Virus record (IMG/VR): IMGVR_UViG_3300032285_003957
Coordinates: 32,001-96,000 of that record
From: a virus
Taxonomy: Duplodnaviria; Caudoviricetes
Length of the DNA: 64,000 nucleotides
Direction: 5' to 3' (one strand)
The notes under the pieces were generated by a model that made no database searches, was not told the origin of the DNA, and saw only the letters and a list, made by a program, of their open reading frames with translations. This document shows positions 29,865 to 36,194 of this stretch, one piece after another (the first letter of the stretch is position 1; every line of letters starts with the position of its first letter). A program made the translations under genes and the position numbers.

Positions 29865-29936
29865 TAGTCTCTGAGAATTTTGAAATCCCGACCCTCTCCA
29901 TGTAAGGGAGATGCTCTTCCTCTGAGCTAAGAGACT
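29865..29936 (-). tRNA. tRNA-Val(TAC), atypical T-arm
   Basis: loop CT-TAC-AT; T-arm GGGAT-TTCAAAA-TTCTC. Confidence 0.85.
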
Positions 29937-29937
29937 A

Positions 29938-30014
29938 TGGTGGACCAAACAGGGCTCGAACCTGTGACCTTGGCATTATGAGTGCCCTGCTCTAACCATC
30001 TGAGCTATAAGTCC
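29938..30014 (-). tRNA. tRNA(CAT), probably Ile2 (lysidine type), CCA encoded
   Basis: loop CT-CAT-AA, G1-C72; the cognate leader contains ATA, and other CAT tRNAs lie in the second array. Confidence 0.8.
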
Positions 30015-30021
30015 AATAAGG

Positions 30022-30127
30022 TGCCGAAGGAGGGATTTATACCCACACGCAGGTCATTTCGAACTCTGCTCCTTCTAGAATACAGCGCGTCTAACAGGTG
30101 GCCACCCGTCTATTCCGCCACTTCGGC
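30022..30127 (-). ncRNA. 106-nt Leu-type tRNA-like RNA with D-loop hairpin insertion and disrupted anticodon/T loops
   Basis: GCCGAAG/CTTCGGC acceptor, GCG/CGC D-stem, inserted GACGGGT-GGCC-ACCTGTT, T-loop TATAAAT. Confidence 0.65.
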
Positions 30128-30132
30128 ATGTG

Positions 30133-30215
30133 TGAGAGTGGACGGATTCGAACCGCCGAAGTCTAAGACTCCTGATTTACAGTCAGGTGCCAATTACCGC
30201 ATTGACAACACTCCC
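30133..30215 (-). tRNA. tRNA-Tyr(GTA)
   Basis: loop CT-GTA-AA, long variable arm. Confidence 0.9.
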
Positions 30216-30220
30216 ATTTG

Positions 30221-30301
30221 TGACCAAGGAGAGATTCGAACTCTCACGACTTACGTCATTGGTTCCTAAGACCAACGTGTCTACCGTTCCACCACTCGGC
30301 C
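30221..30301 (-). tRNA. tRNA-Leu(TAG)
   Basis: loop CT-TAG-GA, long variable arm, A73. Confidence 0.92.
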
Positions 30302-30308
30302 ATTGTTG

Positions 30309-30380
30309 CGCTGATGGAGAATTACGATATCTCAACCTATTGATTAACAGTCAATTGCTCTGCCGTTGAGCTACATCAGC
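30309..30380 (-). tRNA. tRNA-Asn(GTT), atypical T-arm
   Basis: loop CT-GTT-AA, G73; T-arm GAGAT-ATCGTAA-TTCTC. Confidence 0.85.
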
Positions 30381-30385
30381 TTTTG

Positions 30386-30459
30386 TTGGGAATGCAGGAT
30401 TCGAACCTACGGCCTCTTGGTCCCAAACCAAGCGCGATACCGGACTACGCTAATTCCCA
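30386..30459 (-). tRNA. tRNA-Pro(TGG)
   Basis: loop TT-TGG-GA. Confidence 0.92.
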
Positions 30460-30465
30460 TTTTAG

Positions 30466-30539
30466 TGATTCCGTTTGGATTCGAACCAAAGACCCACATC
30501 TTAGAAGGATGTTGCTCTATCCAACTGAGCTACGGAACC
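30466..30539 (-). tRNA. tRNA-Arg(TCT)
   Basis: loop CT-TCT-AA. Confidence 0.93.
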
Positions 30540-30540
30540 A

Positions 30541-30975
30541 TTATTTAATATTTTTTGCTCGATATGTTTCCGTTTGTGAATGACAATTAGGACATAACAT
30601 TCTTAAATTTTCTAATTTATGATTTGTTCGATTCCCATCGATATGGTCTAATTCCATATTTAATTTTTTACCATTCCATTCTTCAATGTCACATATAAAA
30701 CATTTGTTTTCGATTATTTTTTCTTTTAATAATCTATTTTTTAATTTGAATGTTTGGAAATGTGGATGTTTACCTTCCAATATTTCCTGTAAATCTACTT
30801 TAGGTGGGACAATCTTATTTGTTCCTTTTCCTGATTGATTCGTTACGTAACAACCAAATTTAATTGCATACTTTTTAAAAGTATTAAAATGTAAATCTAA
30901 TTTACTTGCTGCTTCAGCCATTGATTTAGATTCTTGACAGATTTTTATAAAATCGTTTTGATTAAAATGTTTCAT
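30541..30975 (-). CDS. HNH endonuclease inserted in the tRNA array
   Basis: CFIC, ELDHIDG, NLRMLCPNCHSQT; TATTTAT at 30980-30986. Confidence 0.9.
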   Translation of the reverse strand: MKHFNQNDFIKICQESKSMAEAASKLDLHFNTFKKYAIKFGCYVTNQSGKGTNKIVPPKVDLQEILEGKHPHFQTFKLKNRLLKEKIIENKCFICDIEEWNGKKLNMELDHIDGNRTNHKLENLRMLCPNCHSQTETYRAKNIK

Positions 30976-31031
30976 ATTAATAAATATCATACACTTTAGA
31001 AAAAACCATTTTAGTGTCTATCTTTTTCATG

Positions 31032-31116
31032 TACTTCCGACCAGAATCGAACTGGTACGAACTTTCAGTTCATAGCATTTTAAGTGCTACGTGTCTACCA
31101 GTTCCACCACGGAAGC
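31032..31116 (-). tRNA. tRNA-Leu(TAA)
   Basis: loop CT-TAA-AA, long variable arm. Confidence 0.93.
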
Positions 31117-31169
31117 GTTTTTTCCCAATATGTCAAAGAACAATACTAATATAAAAAATAAAATTCACT

Positions 31170-31208
31170 AAAACAAAAAACCCGAACTTTTTTAATTTGT
31201 TCGGGTTT
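31170..31208 (-). terminator. attenuator terminator ahead of tRNA array B
   Basis: AAACCCGAAC/GTTCGGGTTT stem followed by TTTGTTTT. Confidence 0.85.
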
Positions 31209-31230
31209 CAATATTCTAATTTAAATTATT

Positions 31231-31338
31231 TTAAATAAGTGTGTCCGAACTTAAAGCGCATGTAGGTTGCACAAGATAGCCATTACCATTTGTTAACGGT
31301 CTACTCGTAATCCCCAATATGTTATTTAAGTTCTTCAT
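31231..31338 (-). CDS. leader peptide B, 35 aa: MKNLNNILGITSRPLTNGNGYLVQPTCALSSDTLI
   Basis: manually translated; lies between promoter box and terminator; codons match array B tRNAs. Confidence 0.8.
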   Translation of the reverse strand: MKNLNNILGITSRPLTNGNGYLVQPTCALSSDTLI

Positions 31339-31356
31339 CGTTTTTATAAGTATAAG

Positions 31357-31364
31357 CAAATATA
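31357..31364 (-). promoter_or_regulatory. Bacteroidota-type -7 box (TATATTTG) for leader B/tRNA array B
   Basis: TAnnTTTG match 19 nt upstream of the leader ATG. Confidence 0.7.
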
Positions 31365-31405
31365 CAAAAAGTTTCAATAATAAAAAAATAATCATAAAAA
31401 TATTT

Positions 31406-31564
31406 TTACCAACGTTTCATTGGCGGTGGTGAAAATCGTGGTTGATAGTATCTGTGCACATGATACATTCCGTTCCATGGATGACGATGTGTATAAATTG
31501 CACGTTCGTAATAACATCCACTGAATGTCACTGCGATTAACAATAAGAATAATAACTTTTTCAT
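31406..31564 (-). CDS. small lipoprotein (52 aa)
   Basis: manually translated: MKKLLFLLLIAVTFSG-C lipobox; TATTTAT upstream. Confidence 0.65.
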   Translation of the reverse strand: MKKLLFLLLIAVTFSGCYYERAIYTHRHPWNGMYHVHRYYQPRFSPPPMKRW

Positions 31565-31578
31565 ATTAATAAATATTT

Positions 31579-32310
31579 TTAGTTTTTAACTAATTTAGTT
31601 CTTGATATAAAATTATAACTCTCTTCAAATGTTACAGGCTTTTCAATCGCACGTCTTTTTATATTAAGGACATATAACGCATATGAAAGTGCAGCACCTT
31701 CGCCATGACCATATATTGTTCTTCGATATAAATTCTTATCATATAATGATGCATATTCAAACACTGGTTTTATTTTTTCCAACTCATATTGAATTTTATC
31801 GTAATCTAATCCAACAGGGAAATAAAACAATTGTTCAAACATTGTTTCTAATTTTGATGGTTCGGTTCCTTCCAATGTGAGAAACTCAATTATTGGACGA
31901 GCCCATTTATCAACGTTTATGTCAGGTAGATATTTCCATGATTTCCATTCACCGTTAACATTAACGGGCCAAAAAGTCAAATATAAAACCTCATCAAAAC
32001 TTTCAAGTGTTCGATATTTTTCATCGCTTAAAAATACGTTTAGGCTATCACAATCAACATATGTAACATCAGTTTTTAATTCCTTAATTAATTTAAAACT
32101 AAAAAAGAATTTATCAAAATAGCTGAATATTTTTTTTTCGTATTGATATGTTGTGCAACCAACCCCTTCAAATTCTTGAGGTGTGTCTGTTAATATTCTA
32201 ACATCAAAATTGAATTCATTAACTAAACGCTTAACATTATCAATGCATTGACTTGCATATGATAAACCGTCATCGTCCACACCGACACATATTAATGCTA
32301 ATACTTTCAT
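31579..32310 (-). CDS. glycosyltransferase-like hypothetical protein (paralog 2)
   Basis: FSYFDKFFFSFKLIKEL, YVDCD, GHGEG shared with the adjacent paralog. Confidence 0.65.
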   Translation of the reverse strand: MKVLALICVGVDDDGLSYASQCIDNVKRLVNEFNFDVRILTDTPQEFEGVGCTTYQYEKKIFSYFDKFFFSFKLIKELKTDVTYVDCDSLNVFLSDEKYRTLESFDEVLYLTFWPVNVNGEWKSWKYLPDINVDKWARPIIEFLTLEGTEPSKLETMFEQLFYFPVGLDYDKIQYELEKIKPVFEYASLYDKNLYRRTIYGHGEGAALSYALYVLNIKRRAIEKPVTFEESYNFISRTKLVKN

Positions 32311-32312
32311 GT

Positions 32313-33053
32313 TTAAATCAATGTTTTACTTTTGTCTTGGAATATGACGTCATATCTTTCTCTAAATAACATTTGATCCTCAAGTTTTTCTTTACCAATA
32401 TTATTAACATCTAAAGCGTATGAAAGAGCTAAACCTTCACCATGTCCAAATATTAATCGGTTATTTAAATTTATAGAATACAACGACATATATTCAAACA
32501 CAGGTTTTATTTTTTCCAATTCATATTGAACATTATCGTAGTCCAAACCAACGGGAAAATACAATAAACGTTCGTGCATTGTCTCTAACTTAGATATATC
32601 ATATTTTTCCATTTCAAAAAATTCCAATAACGGATGTGACCAAATATCAAACTTAAAATCTTTTAAAAATTGATATGTCACCCATTCTTTGCTATTTTTA
32701 ACGGACCAATATGTTAAATATAACACCTTATTTTGACTTTCTAAATTTCTAAATTTTTCAATTTTAAGTAAATAATCGATACAATCACAATCAATGTAAG
32801 TTACCGATTTATTTAACTCCTTAATTAACTTAAATGAAAAAAAGAACTTATCAAAGTAGCTGAATATTTTCTTATCGTATTTGTAAATTGAACATCCAAG
32901 ACCTTCAAATTCTTTTGGTGTGTCAGTTAATAATCTAACATCGAAACCAAAAACATCAATCAATTGCTTTACATTCTCAACACATTGGGTGTAGTATGGA
33001 ACACCTTTGTAATCATTCCCAACAGATATAATTGCAACTGTTTTCATCTTCAT
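32313..33053 (-). CDS. glycosyltransferase-like hypothetical protein (paralog 1)
   Basis: tandem paralog with YIDCD DxD motif. Confidence 0.65.
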   Translation of the reverse strand: MKMKTVAIISVGNDYKGVPYYTQCVENVKQLIDVFGFDVRLLTDTPKEFEGLGCSIYKYDKKIFSYFDKFFFSFKLIKELNKSVTYIDCDCIDYLLKIEKFRNLESQNKVLYLTYWSVKNSKEWVTYQFLKDFKFDIWSHPLLEFFEMEKYDISKLETMHERLLYFPVGLDYDNVQYELEKIKPVFEYMSLYSINLNNRLIFGHGEGLALSYALDVNNIGKEKLEDQMLFRERYDVIFQDKSKTLI

Positions 33054-33056
33054 ATG

Positions 33057-33128
33057 TACTCCCAACGGGATTCGAACCCGTGACTCATCCGTGAAAGGGA
33101 CGTGACTTAACCGCTTGTCGATGGGAGC
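33057..33128 (-). tRNA. tRNA-Glu(TTC)
   Basis: loop CT-TTC-AC. Confidence 0.92.
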
Positions 33129-33330
33129 GTTTCGGGACGAGTCAGGTTAACTCTTGTGTCCCTACTTAATAGTTGTGTTTAGAGGGAAGTCCAAAACACG
33201 GTATTCACCAAAAGGGACTTTACTTTCGATTATCGCTGAAACTTTTAACTACGCTCAATGTATCTTTTAATTTGTTTCGTTTAACGTCCAAACAAATGTC
33301 CCAGTTGAGCGGGACAAAAAAGACGACCTG

Positions 33331-33462
33331 TGGGTTAGGAGTGGGAATCGAACCCATAACGATGCGTAATCTTCTACTTCAACTCCTTGTACTTCAGAGT
33401 CCGTCACCGCGTCCCGTATGTAGCCTCCATACGGTGCATCTTCCATTTCTGCTACCTACCCA
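33331..33462 (-). ncRNA. 132-nt tRNA-like RNA with long variable region
   Basis: TGGGTAGG/CCTAACCCA ends, GCA/TGC D-stem, CCGTATG/CATACGG stem, GGGTTCGATTCCC T-arm. Confidence 0.65.
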
Positions 33463-33467
33463 AATTT

Positions 33468-33610
33468 GCAATCAAGATAGGATTTGAACCTATAAGCCGT
33501 TTTCGTGTTCTTCCATTCCACTCAACGACATACCTATGTGATCCTGCGGGAAGAAATCGTCCATCTTGCGATGCCTACATAGGTGTGTATCACACTACAC
33601 TTCTTGATTG
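33468..33610 (-). ncRNA. 143-nt tRNA-like RNA with expanded anticodon arm
   Basis: CAATCAAGA/TCTTGATTG ends, ATAGG-TTCAAAT-CCTAT T-arm, ACCTATGT/ACATAGGT stem. Confidence 0.65.
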
Positions 33611-33613
33611 TTG

Positions 33614-33701
33614 CGGAGAGAGTAGGATTCGAACCCACGGACCCCTTTCGAGATCTTCAGTTTTCAAGACTGACGCAATCGGCCAACTCTGCCATCTCTC
33701 C
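33614..33701 (-). tRNA. tRNA-Ser(TGA)
   Basis: loop CT-TGA-AA, long variable arm, G73. Confidence 0.95.
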
Positions 33702-33923
33702 AAATTCCCCACATTGAGATTACTTGTGAGTAGTTATTTCGGTTTTCTATTTCTTAAAAACCTGTGAGGCATCCCTCATTAAAACATCCGACCTAATACT
33801 TGGGGGAGAGTAGGTTCACAATCCTTATTCCCAACGAGTAGTTCTTAAGATGACACTACTAACGTCTAATCCATTGTTAAATGAGTCTTGGATCAAAGAC
33901 TGCTGAGTATCTCTTACTCATTG

Positions 33924-33997
33924 CGGAACGGACGAGACTCGAACTCGCGACCCCTACAGTGACAGTGTAGTATTCTAACCAACTGAACTACCGCTCC
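33924..33997 (-). tRNA. tRNA-Asp(GTC)
   Basis: loop CT-GTC-AC, G73. Confidence 0.95.
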
Positions 33998-34083
33998 GTG
34001 TTTGATTCTAACTCACCTTAAATTGCACCATCCGAGTCACTGCTCTGGTTGACAAAGTCCTCGTTGAGTTAGTCTCAAAATTT

Positions 34084-34203
34084 TTACTTTTTTCTACGCT
34101 GTCTTAAAGCTGAACCTGCAACAGATTTGTAAGCTTTTGTTGTTTTCTTACTTCTCAATGCGCTACTTGCTTTCTTAGCAACTCTTCTTGACGTTCTTGC
34201 CAT
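34084..34203 (-). CDS. 39-aa highly basic peptide MARTSRRVAKKASSALRSKKTTKAYKSVAGSALRQRRKK
   Basis: manually translated, clean ATG-TAA between tRNAs. Confidence 0.6.
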   Translation of the reverse strand: MARTSRRVAKKASSALRSKKTTKAYKSVAGSALRQRRKK

Positions 34204-34218
34204 AGTTAAAAGTTTTAG

Positions 34219-34290
34219 TTGCGAGAGAGGGAATCGAACCCCCGACCTAAAGGTTATGAGCCTTCCGAGCTACCGCTGCTCTATCTCGCG
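34219..34290 (-). tRNA. initiator tRNA-fMet(CAT)
   Basis: C1-A72 mismatch, loop CT-CAT-AA. Confidence 0.9.
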
Positions 34291-34302
34291 ATGTTTGTTT
34301 CA

Positions 34303-34310
34303 CAAAGATA
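34303..34310 (-). promoter_or_regulatory. internal Bacteroidota-type promoter (TTTG-N18-TATCTTTG) before tRNA-fMet
   Basis: both -33 and -7 elements present. Confidence 0.7.
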
Positions 34311-34352
34311 AGAAATATTAATGATATACAAAAATATTTCAAATCTTTTTTG

Positions 34353-34420
34353 TTGCGGGGCCAGGAGTCGAACCTGGAACACTCGGCTTATGAGGCCGGT
34401 GGGAAACCATTCTCCCCGCA
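34353..34420 (-). tRNA. tRNA-Met(CAT) with reduced D-arm (68 nt)
   Basis: good acceptor, anticodon and T arms; D-arm only TGG-TTTC-CCA. Confidence 0.7.
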
Positions 34421-34425
34421 ATGTG

Positions 34426-34497
34426 GGTGTATGGACGGTATCGAACCGTCTTCCCGAGCTCCACAAACTCGTGCTTCACCTTAAAGCTTCAAACACC
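34426..34497 (-). tRNA. tRNA-His(GTG)
   Basis: loop TT-GTG-GA; G-1 opposite C73. Confidence 0.9.
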
Positions 34498-34564
34498 GTG
34501 TGTGGAATCGAACCACTTTCCCATCTCCACGACAGGCGATACGTCCATTATCCTTTACCGGGTG
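34494..34564 (-). pseudogene. degenerate tRNA-like remnant (His-GTG-like)
   Basis: intact GTGG-TTCGATT-CCAC T-arm but poor acceptor and anticodon stems. Confidence 0.35.
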
Positions 34565-34635
34565 AGTCAAGTACTGGAGTCGAACCAATCTAAAAAGTTT
34601 TGCAGACTTTCACCTAACCGCTCGGCCAACCTGAC
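34565..34635 (-). tRNA. tRNA-Cys(GCA)
   Basis: loop CT-GCA-AA, U73. Confidence 0.92.
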
Positions 34636-34694
34636 TTGTTTGTTCACTTTTTTCATCTGTTCACGGTCCGTGAACAATCAAATTTTGTGAACAG

Positions 34695-34766
34695 AGGTCT
34701 CTAAAGGATTTGAACCTTTACTAAAACATTCGTAGTGTTTCGTGCTATCCGTTACACCAAGAGACC
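34695..34766 (-). tRNA. tRNA-Arg(ACG)
   Basis: loop CT-ACG-AA. Confidence 0.9.
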
Positions 34767-34769
34767 TAT

Positions 34770-34958
34770 TTACTTCCATTGAGTCTTCCTTTGTTTTTTC
34801 CACGTTCTAAATTCTCTCCATTTGTGATTTGGTAGGTTACCATGATTAAAATTCCAACCATAATCCCAATCAAGTTCATATTTGTCCGGTGCTGTAACAA
34901 TTTTATACTCTTTGTTATGAGTGGTTTTTTGGCTTACCCTGCCTTTTACTGGTTTCAT
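34770..34958 (-). CDS. small basic protein ending WKKQRKTQWK
   Basis: 62-aa ORF preceded by repeat copy 1. Confidence 0.65.
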   Translation of the reverse strand: MKPVKGRVSQKTTHNKEYKIVTAPDKYELDWDYGWNFNHGNLPNHKWREFRTWKKQRKTQWK

Positions 34959-34961
34959 GCT

Positions 34962-34999
34962 ATTAGGTTTACCTAATGCATATCAAATTCTTTTTTCAT
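34962..34999 (-). repeat. approximately 40-bp direct repeat, copy 1 (hairpin ATTAGG-TAAA-CCTAAT)
   Basis: near-identical to 35178-35217. Confidence 0.8.
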
Positions 35000-35000
35000 T

Positions 35001-35174
35001 TTATTTCCATTTAGTTTTTCTGTGTTGTTTCCAACACTTATCAATTTTTTTTCTTGAACGATTGCAACCTTTATTAGGTCCACAGATAGGACAAGATAAT
35101 TCTCTACTCAACCAAACACGTTTAAATGTTTTACGGTCCGTAATTGTTTTGATGTTTCTTCTTGCTTTTGACAT
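35001..35174 (-). CDS. 57-aa basic Cys-rich protein ending WKQHRKTKWK
   Basis: manually translated; CPIC..C..C; C-terminus paralogous to 34770-34958. Confidence 0.65.
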   Translation of the reverse strand: MSKARRNIKTITDRKTFKRVWLSRELSCPICGPNKGCNRSRKKIDKCWKQHRKTKWK

Positions 35175-35177
35175 ATG

Positions 35178-35217
35178 ATTAGGATTTTACCTAATGCATG
35201 TCGAATTCTTTTTTCAT
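35178..35217 (-). repeat. approximately 40-bp direct repeat, copy 2
   Basis: tgaaaaaagaattcgacatgcattaggtaaaatcctaat. Confidence 0.8.
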
Positions 35218-35219
35218 GG

Positions 35220-35462
35220 TTACTTATATTTTCTTATTGTTTTAAAAACTTTTGTTATATCGGTCAATTCCATTACTTGGTCGTTTCTAATTGGATAAAA
35301 TGCAATTGTAAAACCGTGGTTTCCAAGATAGAAATCTTCCTTCATTATTCTATTGCCATTTACCTTTTCAAGATATATCCAAGGATAGTTACCAACCAAT
35401 TCAACGTTGATTCCTATCTTCTTTAATCTTGGGACTAACCTGTTTATTACGTTGTCTTCCAT
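35220..35462 (-). CDS. hypothetical protein
   Basis: start moved to ATG 35462 outside tRNA-Trp. Confidence 0.65.
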   Translation of the reverse strand: MEDNVINRLVPRLKKIGINVELVGNYPWIYLEKVNGNRIMKEDFYLGNHGFTIAFYPIRNDQVMELTDITKVFKTIRKYK

Positions 35463-35476
35463 AACTTTATTTTTAG

Positions 35477-35547
35477 CACGGGTGGAGAGATTCGAACTCC
35501 CATCGATGGTTTTGGAGACCATAATTCTGCCGTTGAACTACACCCGC
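35477..35547 (-). tRNA. tRNA-Trp(CCA)
   Basis: loop CT-CCA-AA, G73. Confidence 0.93.
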
Positions 35548-35554
35548 GTATTTG

Positions 35555-35629
35555 TGACCCCTTTGGGACTCGAACCCAAAACCCACTGGTTAAAAGCCAG
35601 TTACTCTAATCCGATTGAGCTAAGAGGTC
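35555..35629 (-). tRNA. tRNA-Lys(TTT)
   Basis: loop CT-TTT-AA. Confidence 0.93.
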
Positions 35630-35638
35630 TTACTCTTG

Positions 35639-35764
35639 TCACTTTCCATAGTTGTTGTTTTTAATTTGTTCAAATAACTTATTATGTCTTATCTTTTTAT
35701 CTTCTTGCATCTTCTTTATCAATGCAATAAAATCTTTGCTTGCTTTTACTTTAATCGTTTTCAT
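35639..35764 (-). CDS. 41-aa basic hypothetical peptide
   Basis: manually translated: MKTIKVKASKDFIALIKKMQED... Confidence 0.45.
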   Translation of the reverse strand: MKTIKVKASKDFIALIKKMQEDKKIRHNKLFEQIKNNNYGK

Positions 35765-35778
35765 AAAATACCTTTTAG

Positions 35779-35851
35779 TGGAAATGGTTGGTTTCGACCC
35801 AACTCCTGAAGATTTTCAGTCTTCCGCTTCTACCAAGTTAGCTTCATTTCC
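35779..35851 (-). tRNA. tRNA-Phe(GAA)
   Basis: loop CT-GAA-AA; T-loop GTCGAAA. Confidence 0.9.
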
Positions 35852-35856
35852 TATTG

Positions 35857-35929
35857 TTCTTAGAGATGGGTTCGAACCATCAACCTTCCGCGTATCAGGC
35901 GGATGCTCTCACCATTGAGCTACCTAAGA
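35857..35929 (-). tRNA. tRNA-Ile(GAT)
   Basis: loop CT-GAT-AC. Confidence 0.92.
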
Positions 35930-35934
35930 ATATG

Positions 35935-36007
35935 TGGAGTAAGTGGAACTCGAATCCACAACCTCAAGAATGCAAATCTTGTGCTCATCCGCTAGAGCTT
36001 TTACCCC
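35935..36007 (-). tRNA. tRNA-Ala(TGC)
   Basis: loop TT-TGC-AT, G3-U70. Confidence 0.92.
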
Positions 36008-36009
36008 AT

Positions 36010-36046
36010 AAAACAAAAAACCCCGAGATTTTTAAGTCTCAGGGTT
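36010..36046 (-). terminator. attenuator terminator ahead of tRNA array A
   Basis: AACCCTGAGA/TCTCGGGGTT stem (U-G wobble fits the minus strand) followed by TTTTGTTTT. Confidence 0.85.
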
Positions 36047-36068
36047 CTTCAATATTGTTAGTTAAAAA

Positions 36069-36167
36069 TTACCAACCACTTGCTTCACTGAGACTATTGG
36101 ACATAGCACGCTCATCCGCCCATTTTGAACAGATAATAAACGACATTGTATGTTTTGTTTGTCTCAT
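36069..36167 (-). CDS. leader peptide A, 32 aa: MRQTKHTMSFIICSKWADERAMSNSLSEASGW
   Basis: manually translated; lies between promoter box and terminator; codons match array A tRNAs. Confidence 0.8.
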   Translation of the reverse strand: MRQTKHTMSFIICSKWADERAMSNSLSEASGW

Positions 36168-36194
36168 CGAAGTTTTTTTTAATTTAATCTTTTA

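Noticed and set aside
30022-30127. Possible amber-suppressor tRNA (CTA) implying TAG recoding
   Set aside because: The anticodon stem does not pair, long genes translate intact in code 11, and ORF 47194-47547 ends at TAG.
29982-30583. Plus-strand ORFs of 60-95 aa over the tRNA cluster (similar ones at 33173-33767, 34321-34690 and 35652-36258)
   Set aside because: They are antisense shadows of tRNA genes; GC-rich tRNA sequence lacks stop codons by chance.
34962-35217. Direct repeats as a mini CRISPR array
   Set aside because: Only two copies, separated by a 174-bp coding gene; no cas genes in the window.
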